From the NCBI GenBank assembly GCA_036172245.1, contig JAYWIR010000008.1, positions 2,976,001 through 3,040,000 of the forward strand: DNA of 64,000 nt, in the 5' to 3' direction. Both the position numbers and the translations under genes were made by a program. Below the pieces are notes generated by a model. That model was not told the DNA's origin, did not search any database, and worked only from the letters and a program-made list of their open reading frames with translations. Below, piece after piece: positions 38,400-50,399 of the stretch (within the stretch, counting starts at the first letter, position 1; every line of letters begins with the position of its first letter). This DNA is from Raillietiella orientalis. Its lineage: Eukaryota.

Positions 38400-39700
38400 T
38401 CGCACGACCGGGTCAAAAGGAAGAGGAATAGGAAGTTGCTGCCCCTTCGGGAGAAATGGGAGCTTTCCCGGCGGAGCAGAAGCAAGAACAATCAGGAAGA
38501 AAGGTAACGGAAGTCAAGGAGGAAGCCGTCCTGTCTCTGAGGCACAATTCCATCTGCCGAAAAGGAAAAGAGGAGGAGCGCGCGGCGGCGTGGACTTCTA
38601 GCGCGGAAGCCTGCCATCCACTGTTAACCCGGAGGAAGCCTCCCTGCTGCCTCACCGCGTGCCAGTCCTTCTTTATGGCCATTCCCTTCCCGTCCAACAG
38701 CTCGGTAGGGATTTGAGAGGCCTCTCGGGGAGGCGAAAGAATCGAGAAGGAATGGGAAAAGGGCCTGTCCGGTCCATCCAAGGCGGTCGCAGCGACAGTG
38801 GCTGTAGGGCTAAACACAGGTCCAACACGCTCAGCCTCTCCTCCTCGAAGGAAATCTCCATGACAGAAAGAAGGGAGAAGGGGAGGGTCAGCCTCATGGG
38901 AGCGACAAGGACGAGAAGTCTACTGTTCCTTGTCTCGCGCCCCGCGGTGGTGCACGGGAGCCCTGCGAGAGTGAAGTGAACGGAAACGCCCGCAGGGAAA
39001 CCCCGCTCGCTTCCGGCACGCGTAGGACACTCAGGCGAGAGAGGTCGAACCCTGCGGTCTCGGAGCGCCGCCTCCTGGACGACGGGGAGCGCCATGCGGA
39101 AGCAGCAGGGAGCCGACGGCAGTGGGCATCGCTGCATCTTTTCATCTGGCTCACTCTCTCCTTCTGCTCTTTAGCAGCCTAGAGTGCCTCACGAAGGAGG
39201 GAACGAGGGAGGCGGGATCCGCTCACTCCGATTCCTCTACCCTCATCCCGTTCCCGTCCCCAGTCCATGTCCCAGCCCAGGGACACGCGAGGCTGCAGCC
39301 TGTACTTAGCACCCGAAACCGTCTACGTGCGCCGGGAAACGCTGGGCGGGCGTGGTGGTGGTCTGTATGTACCCTCAGACTCACGTGAAGGAGGGGGATG
39401 GGAAGAAGTGGAGCGGCGGACGATGCGGAGACTCGGAGGAAGAGGACAGGGTCACGGCTCCTTCACTGTCGTCTCCTCCTCACCCGAGACATCGGAATCA
39501 GCCCTTCGGGAAAAAGAAGACAGGGGCGGGGGCTGGAGGGTCAGAAGAAATCGCGGATCCACGCACGTTTGACTTCTGACAAATCGGACCGCCTCCGCAG
39601 AATGCCGCAAGGGTCCAGCTTCCAGAAAACCAGGAGACGCTGGCAGTTGCTGGAGTGGAACTGACTTCTCTGCTCTCCCGCCTTACCCTACTCCCCCCCT
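38400..39700 (+). mobile_element. Decayed LINE 3' portion (RT thumb to zf-RVT); left arm of a diverged inverted repeat
   Basis: ERAAAW (~38577), FFMAIPFP (~38669), CSLYLAPETV (~39294, C..C..PET). Nucleotide similarity to 40480-40890 in reverse orientation. Confidence 0.45.
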
Positions 39701-40399
39701 TTTTGGCATGCGCGAGTGCACAGATGCACGAGAGAAATTTTCTTCCTCCTGTTCCTCCCCCTCGACTTTCTCTCTCTCCACCCCCCCCCCCCCTCTATCC
39801 TCTCTGCCTGCTCAAGAAAAAGAAACGCACTCGAATCATGTAAGAATTTCTAATTGGCACTTTGTCTGCACGTCGGTCTTTTCATCTTCCTTTTCTTCTC
39901 TCCCTTTCCTTGTCATCCTTTCGGGGCCTGTGCTGCTGATATATGGCCCATTCGTTTCGGAATGCTTTGTGGGCCCGGGGACGCTCCTTTCTTTCCTCCA
40001 GCCTTTTTTAAGGTCGCCTGGCCGAAAGCTCGTGATGGATGCTGCGGCGTGAAGGATGGTGGCCCGGCGGCGCCGGTGACAGCGCGTGCCGCTTTCCGCT
40101 CCGGACTCTTCCGAGAGCGTAACCTTCCTCCACTCCTCCTCCTCATGATCATCCTCTTCCCTTCCTCCGCCTTGCTTATTTCCTTCCTCATGCTCACACT
40201 TCTCTTCCCTTCCTCCTCCTCCTTTCCTCTTCCCCTCTATTTGGTTCAGCTTTCCCCTCCTTTTCCGCGACCAGCAGAGGCAACTTCTCCATCAGACCTC
40301 ATCCCTGTAATGCTTCCTTCCTCCTCCCCCTTTTTTCTCTCTCTCTCTTCTCCTTTCTCCCCTCTACCTGTCTGCCAGAGGACCCTGGAGACGTCTGTT

Positions 40400-42200
40400 T
40401 ACTCGCTGTCGGCTTCCGCGCCGCTCCCTCGAACACCTCCGCCTTCCACTTCCCATCGCCTCTCGCGTTCCGAAGATCTACCCGTCCTCTTCTCTATCGT
40501 GTCCACATCGTCTGCTCAGCGTCCCTGCCAAGCTCCCTCCTTCTCGAGGGTCTCTGGGTGCATGCAAACCACCACCACGCCCCTCCAGCGTTTCCCGGAG
40601 CACGCGGACGGTTCCGGGTGCTAAGTACAGGCCGCACCCTAGGGTGACCCAAGGCTGGGACTTGGGGCGGGAGGACGGAAACAAGATGAGGGCAGGGAAA
40701 TCGGGCTGGGAGGATCCGTCTTCCCTATTCCCTACTTCATGAGACACTCCAGACTGGTAGAGGGCGGAAGGAACCGCGAGCCTTCAAACCGTTGTCTCCA
40801 CGTCTTCCCCGCTCGAGATGTCTGGTTGCTCCTCCTGCCTTCTCGTCAACGACGTATGGATCCCTGATTCCTTCTGAAAAAGATGCAAAAGAAAGTAAAC
40901 AGAGGGAAGGACAAAACAAAGCTTCGTGTGGAGTCCGCTGAAGGTGTGGCTTCGTCCCGGACCATGAAAGGAACGTAACGATCCCCCGGGAAGAGATCGG
41001 TAGCAGGAACGGAGCCATTCCTCCGCAGGGCGCTCGCGATTTCCCTTTTTTCTCTGAAGGGGTATCGAAGGAACCGCGAGGACTTCGGTTCTTAGGATTT
41101 CTTTCACCCACATCTTCAACCTATCTCCGTGATTTCCTCCAGACTCGCCCCTCGACCATCCCACTCGCTCGTTCCGCGGGAGGAAAGGAGTCAAGCCGGT
41201 GGGCGCTGTTTCGATCGGCTCTCCTTGGAGGTCTCCACCGTTGGCGGCGTCCATGGACCACGGGGGTTGGTGCGGTTCTTCCGCGATCCCCCTATTTCCT
41301 CTCTGGGAAGGAACAAGTTCCTGATTCCCGGCAGGAAATGCGTCAACTCCTTCAACGCAGATCCAGAGGAGCGAGGAACCTCCCATGGGATCTTCCTTTC
41401 TCCTCCTCTCCGTTCTCCTCCGGGAGCAAACCTCCGTGAACGAGCCCTGCCCTCTCCGAAGAAGAGGATTGGCAAATGGGATTCCTCGGGGGGGAAATCA
41501 GGCGGAGCGCCCGGTCTCCCTTTCCTCCCTGAGCTTTCTCCGAGGGATCCCGACGGTTCCACCCATCCCTCTCGTTCTTCCAGATTCGGCTCCTTGGGAG
41601 CCAGAGTCCCACTGAGGATGGAGGAGCGGGGGACGAAGGTGCTGTGGAAAACTCTGTGACTCGCCCCGCGGGTGACGCCAGCAAAGACTGTAGAGGAGGC
41701 AGGGCGGGGAGAGGTGCATGCGTGCGCTCTCTACGGCGGGAGAAAGGCAGGGCAGGGCAGCAAAGGATCGCGGAAAGGACGAAAGCATTCGACAGCTCAT
41801 TTGGCATCCGGTGAAGAGGAGCAGCCCTTCCAAGGTCGCTACAGTCTCCATCTTCATCCCTCCTCCCCCCCCCCGCAGCCAACCTCGAGCCTCTTCGTTC
41901 GCCTCCAGGAGCCCAAGGCCTCTCCAACCCGAGCCGGAGCACAGGGGGGAGGTCCCCGAGCGGTGTTCCCTCGGGCGTCTTCTTCCCCCCGGTCGGTTCT
42001 CCGGCGACAGAATGCACCGCACCGTGCCGCAGGATCGTAATCGACGCTATAGGGGTGAGTCTCTTCTTTGTAAGTGGGAGTGGAAAGGCCCTTCGCTTCC
42101 CCACCAGCGGAGGCTCAGCCACTTCTGTCAGGCAGAGGGAGACTCGGACTCGGACCTTAAACCCTTCGAGGGCGTGGCGTCTTCACGTCTTCGCAGCTGC
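40400..42200 (-). mobile_element. Decayed LINE 3' portion; right arm of a diverged inverted repeat
   Basis: Minus strand LSNAFVLSAIL (~41780), PSSVGLWLP (~41610, P..GGLGLP), CGLYLAPGTVRVLRE (~40620). Aligns with 39130-39450. Confidence 0.45.
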
Positions 42201-45200
42201 GGATTTCCCCATCACCCGCTGTCGTTCGAGTCTCCCGTGAGATCTCAGAAGGCCGGGGAAGCAGACCCGCGCCACCATACTGGACTGGCGGTCCCCTCCC
42301 CCCTTTCCCCACGAGCCGCGCATATCCCCTTCCAGAGAAAGACGTGAGACTTCTCTCTTAGGAGATAGATCCGCCTCTTGCCTCTCCCCTTTTTACTCCC
42401 TGCCCTTCATCCTTTCCCCACTATGGGGAAGTGAAGCAGCGTCAGAAGCACGTGCCCTTCCCTCCCTCAGCCTCGGAACTCCCCTCTTCCATTTGATTTT
42501 CTTTCCCGAACCATGGGCTTCCTCTTTCATTCCTCCTCCCTGGAAGAGCAAGTCACGCTTCTGTCCCCTGTGGGATGGTCAACTAAGGGTCAACCTTCCC
42601 ACCAAACGTTCCACGAGACAAGTCTGGGCGCAGAGGATGGGGAGTGGCCACGATCCTCATCGACCGTTGAAGTCGAAGCATCCTATCCTTTTTCCCTTCT
42701 CCTTCTCTTCTTCCCCCTCTTTTCCTCATCCTCTTCATCTTCTTCTTGGTCCCCATTTCTTCATTTTCTTCATCTTCATCCTCATCTCCTTATCCTCCTT
42801 TCCGGCGCCATTACTACTGGAGGTCACACACCTTGAAAAAAGCAGGTCGCTTCGGCGCGACGAGGTTCGCTCGATGGAGAGGATAGCCAGTCCCTCTTGC
42901 TCCTTCTCTTCGTGCTCTTCCTGGACAGTAGCGGCCGGCTCGGGATGTCCCTGCCTCCCTCACGAAGACCGGCTCTCGAAGGCATCTTCGAAGGAAGGGA
43001 TCGACGATCGGACCTCGGCGATGAAAATCCACGTACCGAGGAAACCTGAAGGACAGCCGGCGCGCGCGCAACTCACGGACCATCGACAGGCCGGCCGGCG
43101 GCGTCTCCTTCCCGAGGGTCCCCGCGCGCGCGCCAGGCTACACCTCCGAGCAGGTGGTTTCCTGTTCGGGAAAACACGCTCGGGGCGGAACCGGGCTGGA
43201 GCTTCCCGGGTCCCGACCGACGCGCGCGCGGCGTTCCGCCCTTAATCGCCGCCTCGCCTCCGTACCGCCCTCCCGGCTTCCCGGCTGAAAGCCGTGCGCT
43301 CCAGCGACCGAGGAGGATATTCCTTTCTTGTTTGTTTTCGGTATCGTTTGCCGCGCGAGTTGCCGGCGAACATCCGAAAGCCCAAAAGGCGAGGCCATTA
43401 TTTTGAGGTCACTTAATGCCAGCCTCTCTCTCTCTATCTCTCTCTCTCTTCCCCCTTCGCTTTTATGGGCTCCTCTTTTTCTTTTTTCTTTTTTTCTCCT
43501 AAATCCCCCCCCCCTCCTCCCCTTGTCTCGCTCCGCAGACACAATCCGATTCCGTACCCATCGGGCCGCTGCCGACGAAGGGGCCGCAAAAACAAGCGCA
43601 CGCGGGTCGGGTCGGGTACCTGCGATCACGACTCGCGGGCTGCCAACAAAGGGGTGAAAGAGAAGCTGCCGAGAGGCCCGCGACCCCCGCGCGCACACTT
43701 CGACTGTTTCGGGACGGTCAAGGCTCGCCAGTGTTGAAAAACAAAAGCGTCCTGCTGGCTTCTCCGGGCAGCCGCGGAGCTCACGATCTCCTTCCTCCGC
43801 ACCTCCTACGGAGTTGCCTTTTCGACCGTTCCGCGGCTCGCGCGAAAGATCAGAGCGGCCGATCTCGGCCTATCCCCAGGTCGCAGACTCGGAGGGACTC
43901 GGAGCACCGAGAGAGAGCGAGGCGCGAGGGGGGGAGGAAGGAAGAGGGGGAGGGGACCGTTACGTTGATGTAATCGTCATCGGATGCTGCAGAGATCTTC
44001 GCCGCGGCCGACTGAGGAAGGAACGTGCGGAGAGCGCGCGGGATAGGGAAAAAAATTCAGCCTCCCGCGTTCGAGGGAGGCTGGGTGCCCGCGAAGCCGA
44101 GCCGAGAGCTCTCTCTCTCTCTCTGTCTCTCTCTTTGGGCACCGCGACCAGGGTGCCACGAGAGACGAAATGTGGACGGGAAAGAACAAAAAAAAAAGAA
44201 AAAGATCTGTGAAATCATCTTTATCTTCATAACTCAGCTTCACCAAAGGAGCACGAAGAGCATCATGAATTAACGATCGTCCCCAAACTGGGAAAATTGA
44301 TACACCCGCAGACCGGCTCGCACATCGCGAACTCCGTCGTTTCCGTCTTCTTCGATTAAATATACATCAAACGTGCTGCGTTCCGGGAACAGCTGGGGCA
44401 GCCCGCGGATGGCCTGGGAGTGGGAGTGGGAGCGCGAGACGGCCGAGGAAGCCAACCCCGGCTCGCGTTCGCTGGTGTGCGTCTGCTCCAGACTGACGAA
44501 GAGGAAGGGGGGGGGAATCGAGTGCTTTTAATTTCTTCGCGGCTATTAATTCTCCGACCATTATTAGAAGAAATTACTGCTGCTTTTTTCTCAGTATTTA
44601 TTCATTAGGATAACGGATGTTTGATCTGGGAAGCGGTTTTAAATGTTTAATAAGATTCCCGTTCGACCTGCGTGGCAGCCGCCGGGCCCTCCGCGTCTCC
44701 TCCGTTAGGTACGTCCTCTCCGTGTTTGCCGAGATCGCTCGGGCAAACATCATGACTAAGATAGCGGAAAAACAAACATCGTAAAGAGGATACAAATCTT
44801 GTCGAACTTTTTCCAAAGGAAACATTCCTCGGGTCCTGCGCGGAGCGTTCCCGACCCCGGGAATGTTTGCCGCGTAAGGGAAGTTCTATATCAATCACGG
44901 TCCGGGAACAAAAACCGGCGAATTCCTGAGGAAGGCAGCCGCGTTCCGCCATCCCTGCCGCCGTCCGATCTGTTCCAGGTTCGGAGCACATGGAAAGTCC
45001 CGGGTGTTGCAGGCACGGTCTGGCGCGATTCCTCAGCCGGAAACGCAGGTCTTCCGTTCCGTTCCGAACTGCGCCGGTTCACGCGTCTGCCCAGTTTATG
45101 GAGCGAACAGGGAGAATTGCATGGAATGAAAGGATCGAGATGCTTGATCGCATGCTTCGCCCAGCTTGCCATCCCGCAGCTTCTACCATCTTCCCCTGGA

Positions 45201-45379
45201 AAAGCAAACATCGTAAAGAGCATGCAAAATTACCGTCTTCGCCATCATCCGGTTGTTACCATCCTCGCCGTCTTCACGATGTTGAAGCCTTCACCATCTT
45301 CGCCATCATGAAGTTCTCACCATCTTCACCGTCTCCATGATCTCGCGACCTCTGTCATCCTGAGATGTTCTTGTTCTGT

Positions 45380-48300
45380 CCATGCGAACCGGCTCCATCA
45401 TTTCCGGAAATTCATTCTGGACGCATTCCGCATCGGTTGGTGCCAGTTCCTCTTGGACTTTCCCGGCGCGCTCTTTGCGTGTTCATCTGATCCCCCACCA
45501 CCACCACCTCCCTCCTTCCCTAGAACCAATGGAACTCTTCCTCAAGGTGCGCTTCTCGCTGATGAGAAAGTGGCAACAACTGGACGCCGAGCCCGGCCAC
45601 GGTCCGGCGTGCTCTTTCTTGCCCGACTATTCCGGGAAAAAAACCCGCTTCGTACTCACCGCAGATCTCGACGGGTCAGATTCTCCGGAACCGGGAAAAC
45701 AGAACAATTTGCCTCCGAACAAGCTGCAAACACGGGAGAACAATTAGAGTAAATCATCCGTTCCTTTGACACGGGAGGAAACAAACAGCAGCGACAAAGT
45801 TGCGGGCAAACTTTCAAGAGTACGGGGCCATCCATCACGGCTCATTCATCATGAGCTGGTAAAACGTTTACCGGAATGCCTCCGAGATCTTCGGAATGCA
45901 CCGAGCGGTCTCTCGGTCCTTCACTTCGTCCTACGGGCCCACACCGAATGACGGTGCCTCGCCTCGGTGGTTCTCCGAGTGCTTACCAAGGAAGACAAAG
46001 CTTGCGAAGGAAGGAAACGATGCCCCAAGATGCTGACAGTTCCTGAAGCACAGACGACTCGCCCACCATGGTTCGTCTGCAGATGAAAACCACGGATGGT
46101 CAGGGCGGTGGCATGCCACGTGGTGTTCGGAACAGCCTCAACCCACTCTCGCGCAGCAGAGTCGAGTCGGTCAGGAGAAAAAGAAAAGGAAAAGCAACAA
46201 CCAACAGGGCGCAAGCAGTCGGCATCAGATGGAGCATCAGCTGCTGCATGGAGATGACGACTCAGGAATTCCTCAGAGGCGCCTGAATGCCTTCCGCAGC
46301 AAGTCGGGAGCTCGAAACAGCACGTCAGCTGGGAGAACGCACTCTGCCATCAGCAGCGGAGGAGCGACCGGAACGCGTGAGCCACGTGGGAAGGGAGCGT
46401 TTTCCGAGCGGTGGTCCAGATCAACGGGAAAGATCCCTCGTCCTTCGAAATTCCCTGCGCTCAGCTGGCGCACACCTGCAGAATGGGAAAAAGCGCAAGT
46501 CGCAAACCACAGCAATCGACCTCATGGAAACGGAAGAAATCCGGCAACGGGGGGAGGGGGGAGAGAGAGAGAGAGGAGAAGGTGGGCAAGCAACTCTGGG
46601 GGAGCGCGCTGGAAGCAGGTCGAAGTAACCTCAGATGACCTTAGCTGCGTGAGACGGGTGCTCGGCGTGGCGCGCGATTTCTGGAGGGCGTGACACGGCG
46701 TTGAAAGATGGATCGTTCCCGCGCCATCACAATCGCGGCGAAGACGCGCCCCTTTAGACTGTTCGGTCGGTCCATTTCAGCGAAGTGGAAAGGAGAGGAC
46801 GTGCGAAAGGCGAGTCTTTTGGAGCGGACACAGAGGTTGTTCCCATTGAGCGATGATGGCCATCGATTGAGGGTTGCGTTGAGACTACCACTACTGTTAC
46901 GAAGATCACACGTCTCGGGTCCTGCGCTGGTGCCGTTGCTGCTGCACACGAAAGATCGTCAGGATTCGTCAGCACCCTGGAAACCGAGCGAACATTCCCG
47001 AAACTGCTCTGCTTTCATGGAAGCTCTCAGGGTTCTCCATGCACGCTGGAATCGAGGGGGCGCTGGAGTTGGAAAAATCAAGAGTCTCAGACGGGATTCT
47101 TCCAGAGAGCAACGGATCCCGGATCTAGAAAGAATGGGAGAACCCTCGATGATTTGTGCGAGAATCGTAAATCCCTCGAGCTTCTCGGGTTTCAGAAAGC
47201 TCGAGACGGCTGCATCCATGGTGCGGCAGAGCGGGGGGATCCCCACCACGTGAATCGCCCGAATAGAAGCCACGTCCCAGCATCCAAGAGCAGGAAGGAA
47301 GAGATTCGTTACCACGCAGGGTTGCGCAGCAATGAATCCGTCTTGAAGGTCGCATTCTTTGACTGCCGTTTAGCTGAGGGAGCAGCAGTGGAAAGGAGGA
47401 ACCTGTCGGATCTCGTTCCCGGACGGTTGCCATGCCAGCCTAGAGTCACACCTCCGCACCGCCTTTCCCTTCCCATTGTCGCTCCTTGTCTCCGCTCTCC
47501 CGAAATTTTGTTTACGGTTCGGGACTTTTGATCCATCCAAAAAATCCTCGTGCGGCAAAAACACTTGCCCGCGAGCACAAAAGGAGTGAGTCCTTCACGT
47601 CAACGGTTGCTGCAGCTCTCTTCGCCTGCGTGCGCAAAAGTAACTATAACAGGAGCAGAAGGTAACCACCTCGTTGCGAGTCGCTGGACCGTTTATTTGG
47701 ATAGTAAACAGATAGATAATAAAGTTTCACAACAAGGAATGCTCCCTTATGCGCCAGTCCGAAACGAAAAGACGCCGAGCCTCACTGGAAGCAGGACGAG
47801 GGAGACAAAGCGGAAATAGAGAAAGGCCATGAAGGAGAGAAGGCCACGTCCCACGGTGGAGAACTTGAAAATCGAGGATTCGAGTTGTTCAAGAAGGGGA
47901 AGAAAAGACGGGAGAATGGGGTGCTGCTCTCTGGATTCACACAACACCCTCGAGACCTCCTCGCAACCCAGTTTGGTCCATGACGTCTCAGTTGGCTGGA
48001 GGAGACTGGCGACAAATTCGAATGGATCTCGAGGATGGTTCACCAAGTGCTGAGGAACCGCGCGTTTCCTTAGGGGTGGAGGCTCACGAAGATTTTTGAC
48101 GCTGTCGACGACACCCGAGGGGCTTGCAACTCAACCAGTTAGGGGGTAACCCAGGAGAAGCTACTTTATGAATCCAGGAAGGGCTCCGGAGGAAAGAGTC
48201 CGTTCCTCTCACGCCTGGGAGGGAATCCTGAAAGGAACCTCTTCCTTGTTCTCTCCGGAAGGACCCCCCGATTTTGCAGCTTCTCGTTTCTCCTTCAAAG

Positions 48301-50300
48301 GGAACCCGGAAAGGATTCGCTCCTTGAATTTCTTCTCTGGAGACGCCCTCTGGAAAGGAAACGCTCCTTGTTTCCTCTTCCGAAGAGAACCCCGAAGGGA
48401 TGCTTCCTGATGTCTCCCTGAAGGGCACTCCCCGAAGGGAGCCGGGCTCTCCTTCACACTCTGGAGAGATGACCTATCGAGGGAGGAGACGGCCTTATTC
48501 TCACAACCGGATGGGGAATCCCGCTTCTTGATTCCGGGAAGGGCACCGGAGGATCCACTTCCAATCCTGATCAGTCAACGAGCGCATCCGGGGGATTCTG
48601 GCTTTCACCAGTGCTGTACCCGAGACCCGTGGGTCGACCAGTGTCATCCTGAAGGAGGTACTTGAAGCCCACGACGTATTCCCCATTCTTAGCTTCGATC
48701 CACCACGTGGGGGTTTGAACCCGCAACGCTTGGTGCCACCACGCGTGAAGACCGCAGCCACTCGGCCGCCAACGCGTGCCTCTAGGATGGGGACACGTTT
48801 CTCCCCTATTTTAGGGATCAGAAGTCACTCTCACGTGGCAGCGAACCGTTAGCAAAGGAAGCGAGCGTTAGCTCCGGAGAGGTGGGCATCTTTCCAGGAA
48901 AGTTCCTCCCAGAAATGCCATCTGAACTTGGATTGCTCCTCGGATGTGCGGCCATCCCTGCCAGAATCTGGGGCTGCCCGAAAGCAAGGGAGTGCGACAT
49001 CCTGCTTTCTCAGCGAACACGTTTCCTGGGAACTCTCCCTCCCCCCCCTTCCTCCCCCTGAGGAGTGAAAAAATCCCTCGTTTGGAGAAATGCCTCGGCA
49101 GGATGGCAGTGTGCCGGTGGAGACGAAGGACGCAGGCGTTGATATGGAGACCCTGGGTCTCCGGGTTTCCAAAGGAGGATCCCGAGAAATTTTCAAAGAG
49201 GTAGGGAATGTCGAAGACTACCTAGGTCCCCTTGAACTCTTCCCATTTCTCTTTCCGACTGCTCTGGAGCATCTTCGGGTTTCTCGACTGTTCGCGGCAG
49301 CAACCGTTGCGGGAGTGCGCTTGGTCTTTCAGGATGAGCACTGTCCTTTTAACTTATGCACAGGCTTCCCAACTCAACTTCATGCTGGGGTAGGTGAAGA
49401 CTCCAGCGGGAGCGAAGGGAACCAAGTGGTTCGCTCGCCACATGATGCAGAGTGCGTGAAAGCTGAAGGAACGGACGACAGCCGCATTCCATTTCCAACC
49501 TCACGGAAGTGACGTCGGCAAGAACACACATGTTGTTGGAACAGAACGGACAGTTTTGACCTGGAAGAGCTTTGCGAACGCAGAACAAGTGCCGGCATCC
49601 TCAAGTCTTGGAAATGACGACCTTTGGTCCCGCCTGAAGGCAAGAATTCGGTTTCATGAAGATGGAAGCGGTCAAAGGAAAGAAGCGAAAATTCCAAGAT
49701 ACCGACCGAATCTTCGCTGTCTCCGCTTACTCAGTGGTCCGGAAGAAGGAGCGAGCCTTCCAAGTGCCATCTGGTAGCCAACCTCCGCTCCTTTGAGGAA
49801 AACCATGCTCCCCAGCAGATCCTTTGCTGTTGCTCTTTTCTGCTCTTAGGTTTCAACTTCACTCCTTTCCCTCCACGGGCACCTGCAAAGGAACGTCTGC
49901 GATCTGGTTTTTCGGATCCTTTCCTCGAAAAAATCTGCAGCGGCATTTGCTGCCGTGACCCACGGGGAGCAAGAGAATGCGCAGGTGTCGGAGAAAACCG
50001 CGGCGGACACCTGGAGGATCTCGAACAAGGATTCCCGAAATTCCCCTTCATGTCTGGCATGCTCGCCACGAAGATGATCTGCAAAAGTCGTCGCAAACCG
50101 GGGTGTTTTCGGAAAGCGGAAGAGCTCGGAGCACAGGAGGCTGGGTTCCAGCCTCCTGTGCACCACGGCATCCTTCAGGAGAGCAAGCAGTCCTCGGCAC
50201 AAGCACTCTGCATTCGAGTCAGAGACTCTCTTAGCTCTTCAGTATTTCTCTCTCTCTCTTTCTCTCGCTTTTCCTCCTCCAGAAGGATCGCTACTGCAAT
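45380..50300 (+). mobile_element. Decayed near-full-length L1/Tx1 ORF2 relic with a nested SINE insertion
   Basis: GNSFWTH (~45406), FVLTADLD (~45649, GDFN position), LRRSHVSG..LLLHTKD..WKP (46897-46986), SPEILFTV (~47496), TVYLDS (~47688), WRRLATNSNG (~47997). Possible zinc finger C.RC..HL at ~49978-50012. Confidence 0.5.
48081..48776 (-). mobile_element. tRNA-derived SINE-like element, copy 1
   Basis: Aligns over ~700 bp with 53446-54149. The minus-strand head has A-box CGGCCGAGTGG (48768-48758) and B-box GGTTCAAACCC (48721-48711). Confidence 0.75.
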
Positions 50301-50399
50301 CAGATGTCTTCGGGAGGAAAACCCGAGTGAAAAGACCGGCTACTGGTGCCTCTTTCGCTTCCATAGAGACCCAGTCCCACGCAGCCTTTGAACTTCTTA

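Noticed and set aside
45232..45345. Degenerate ~9-bp ACCATCTTC-like tandem repeats considered as a CRISPR-like or coding array
   Set aside because: Short slippage-type minisatellite with no unique spacers, in a eukaryotic context.
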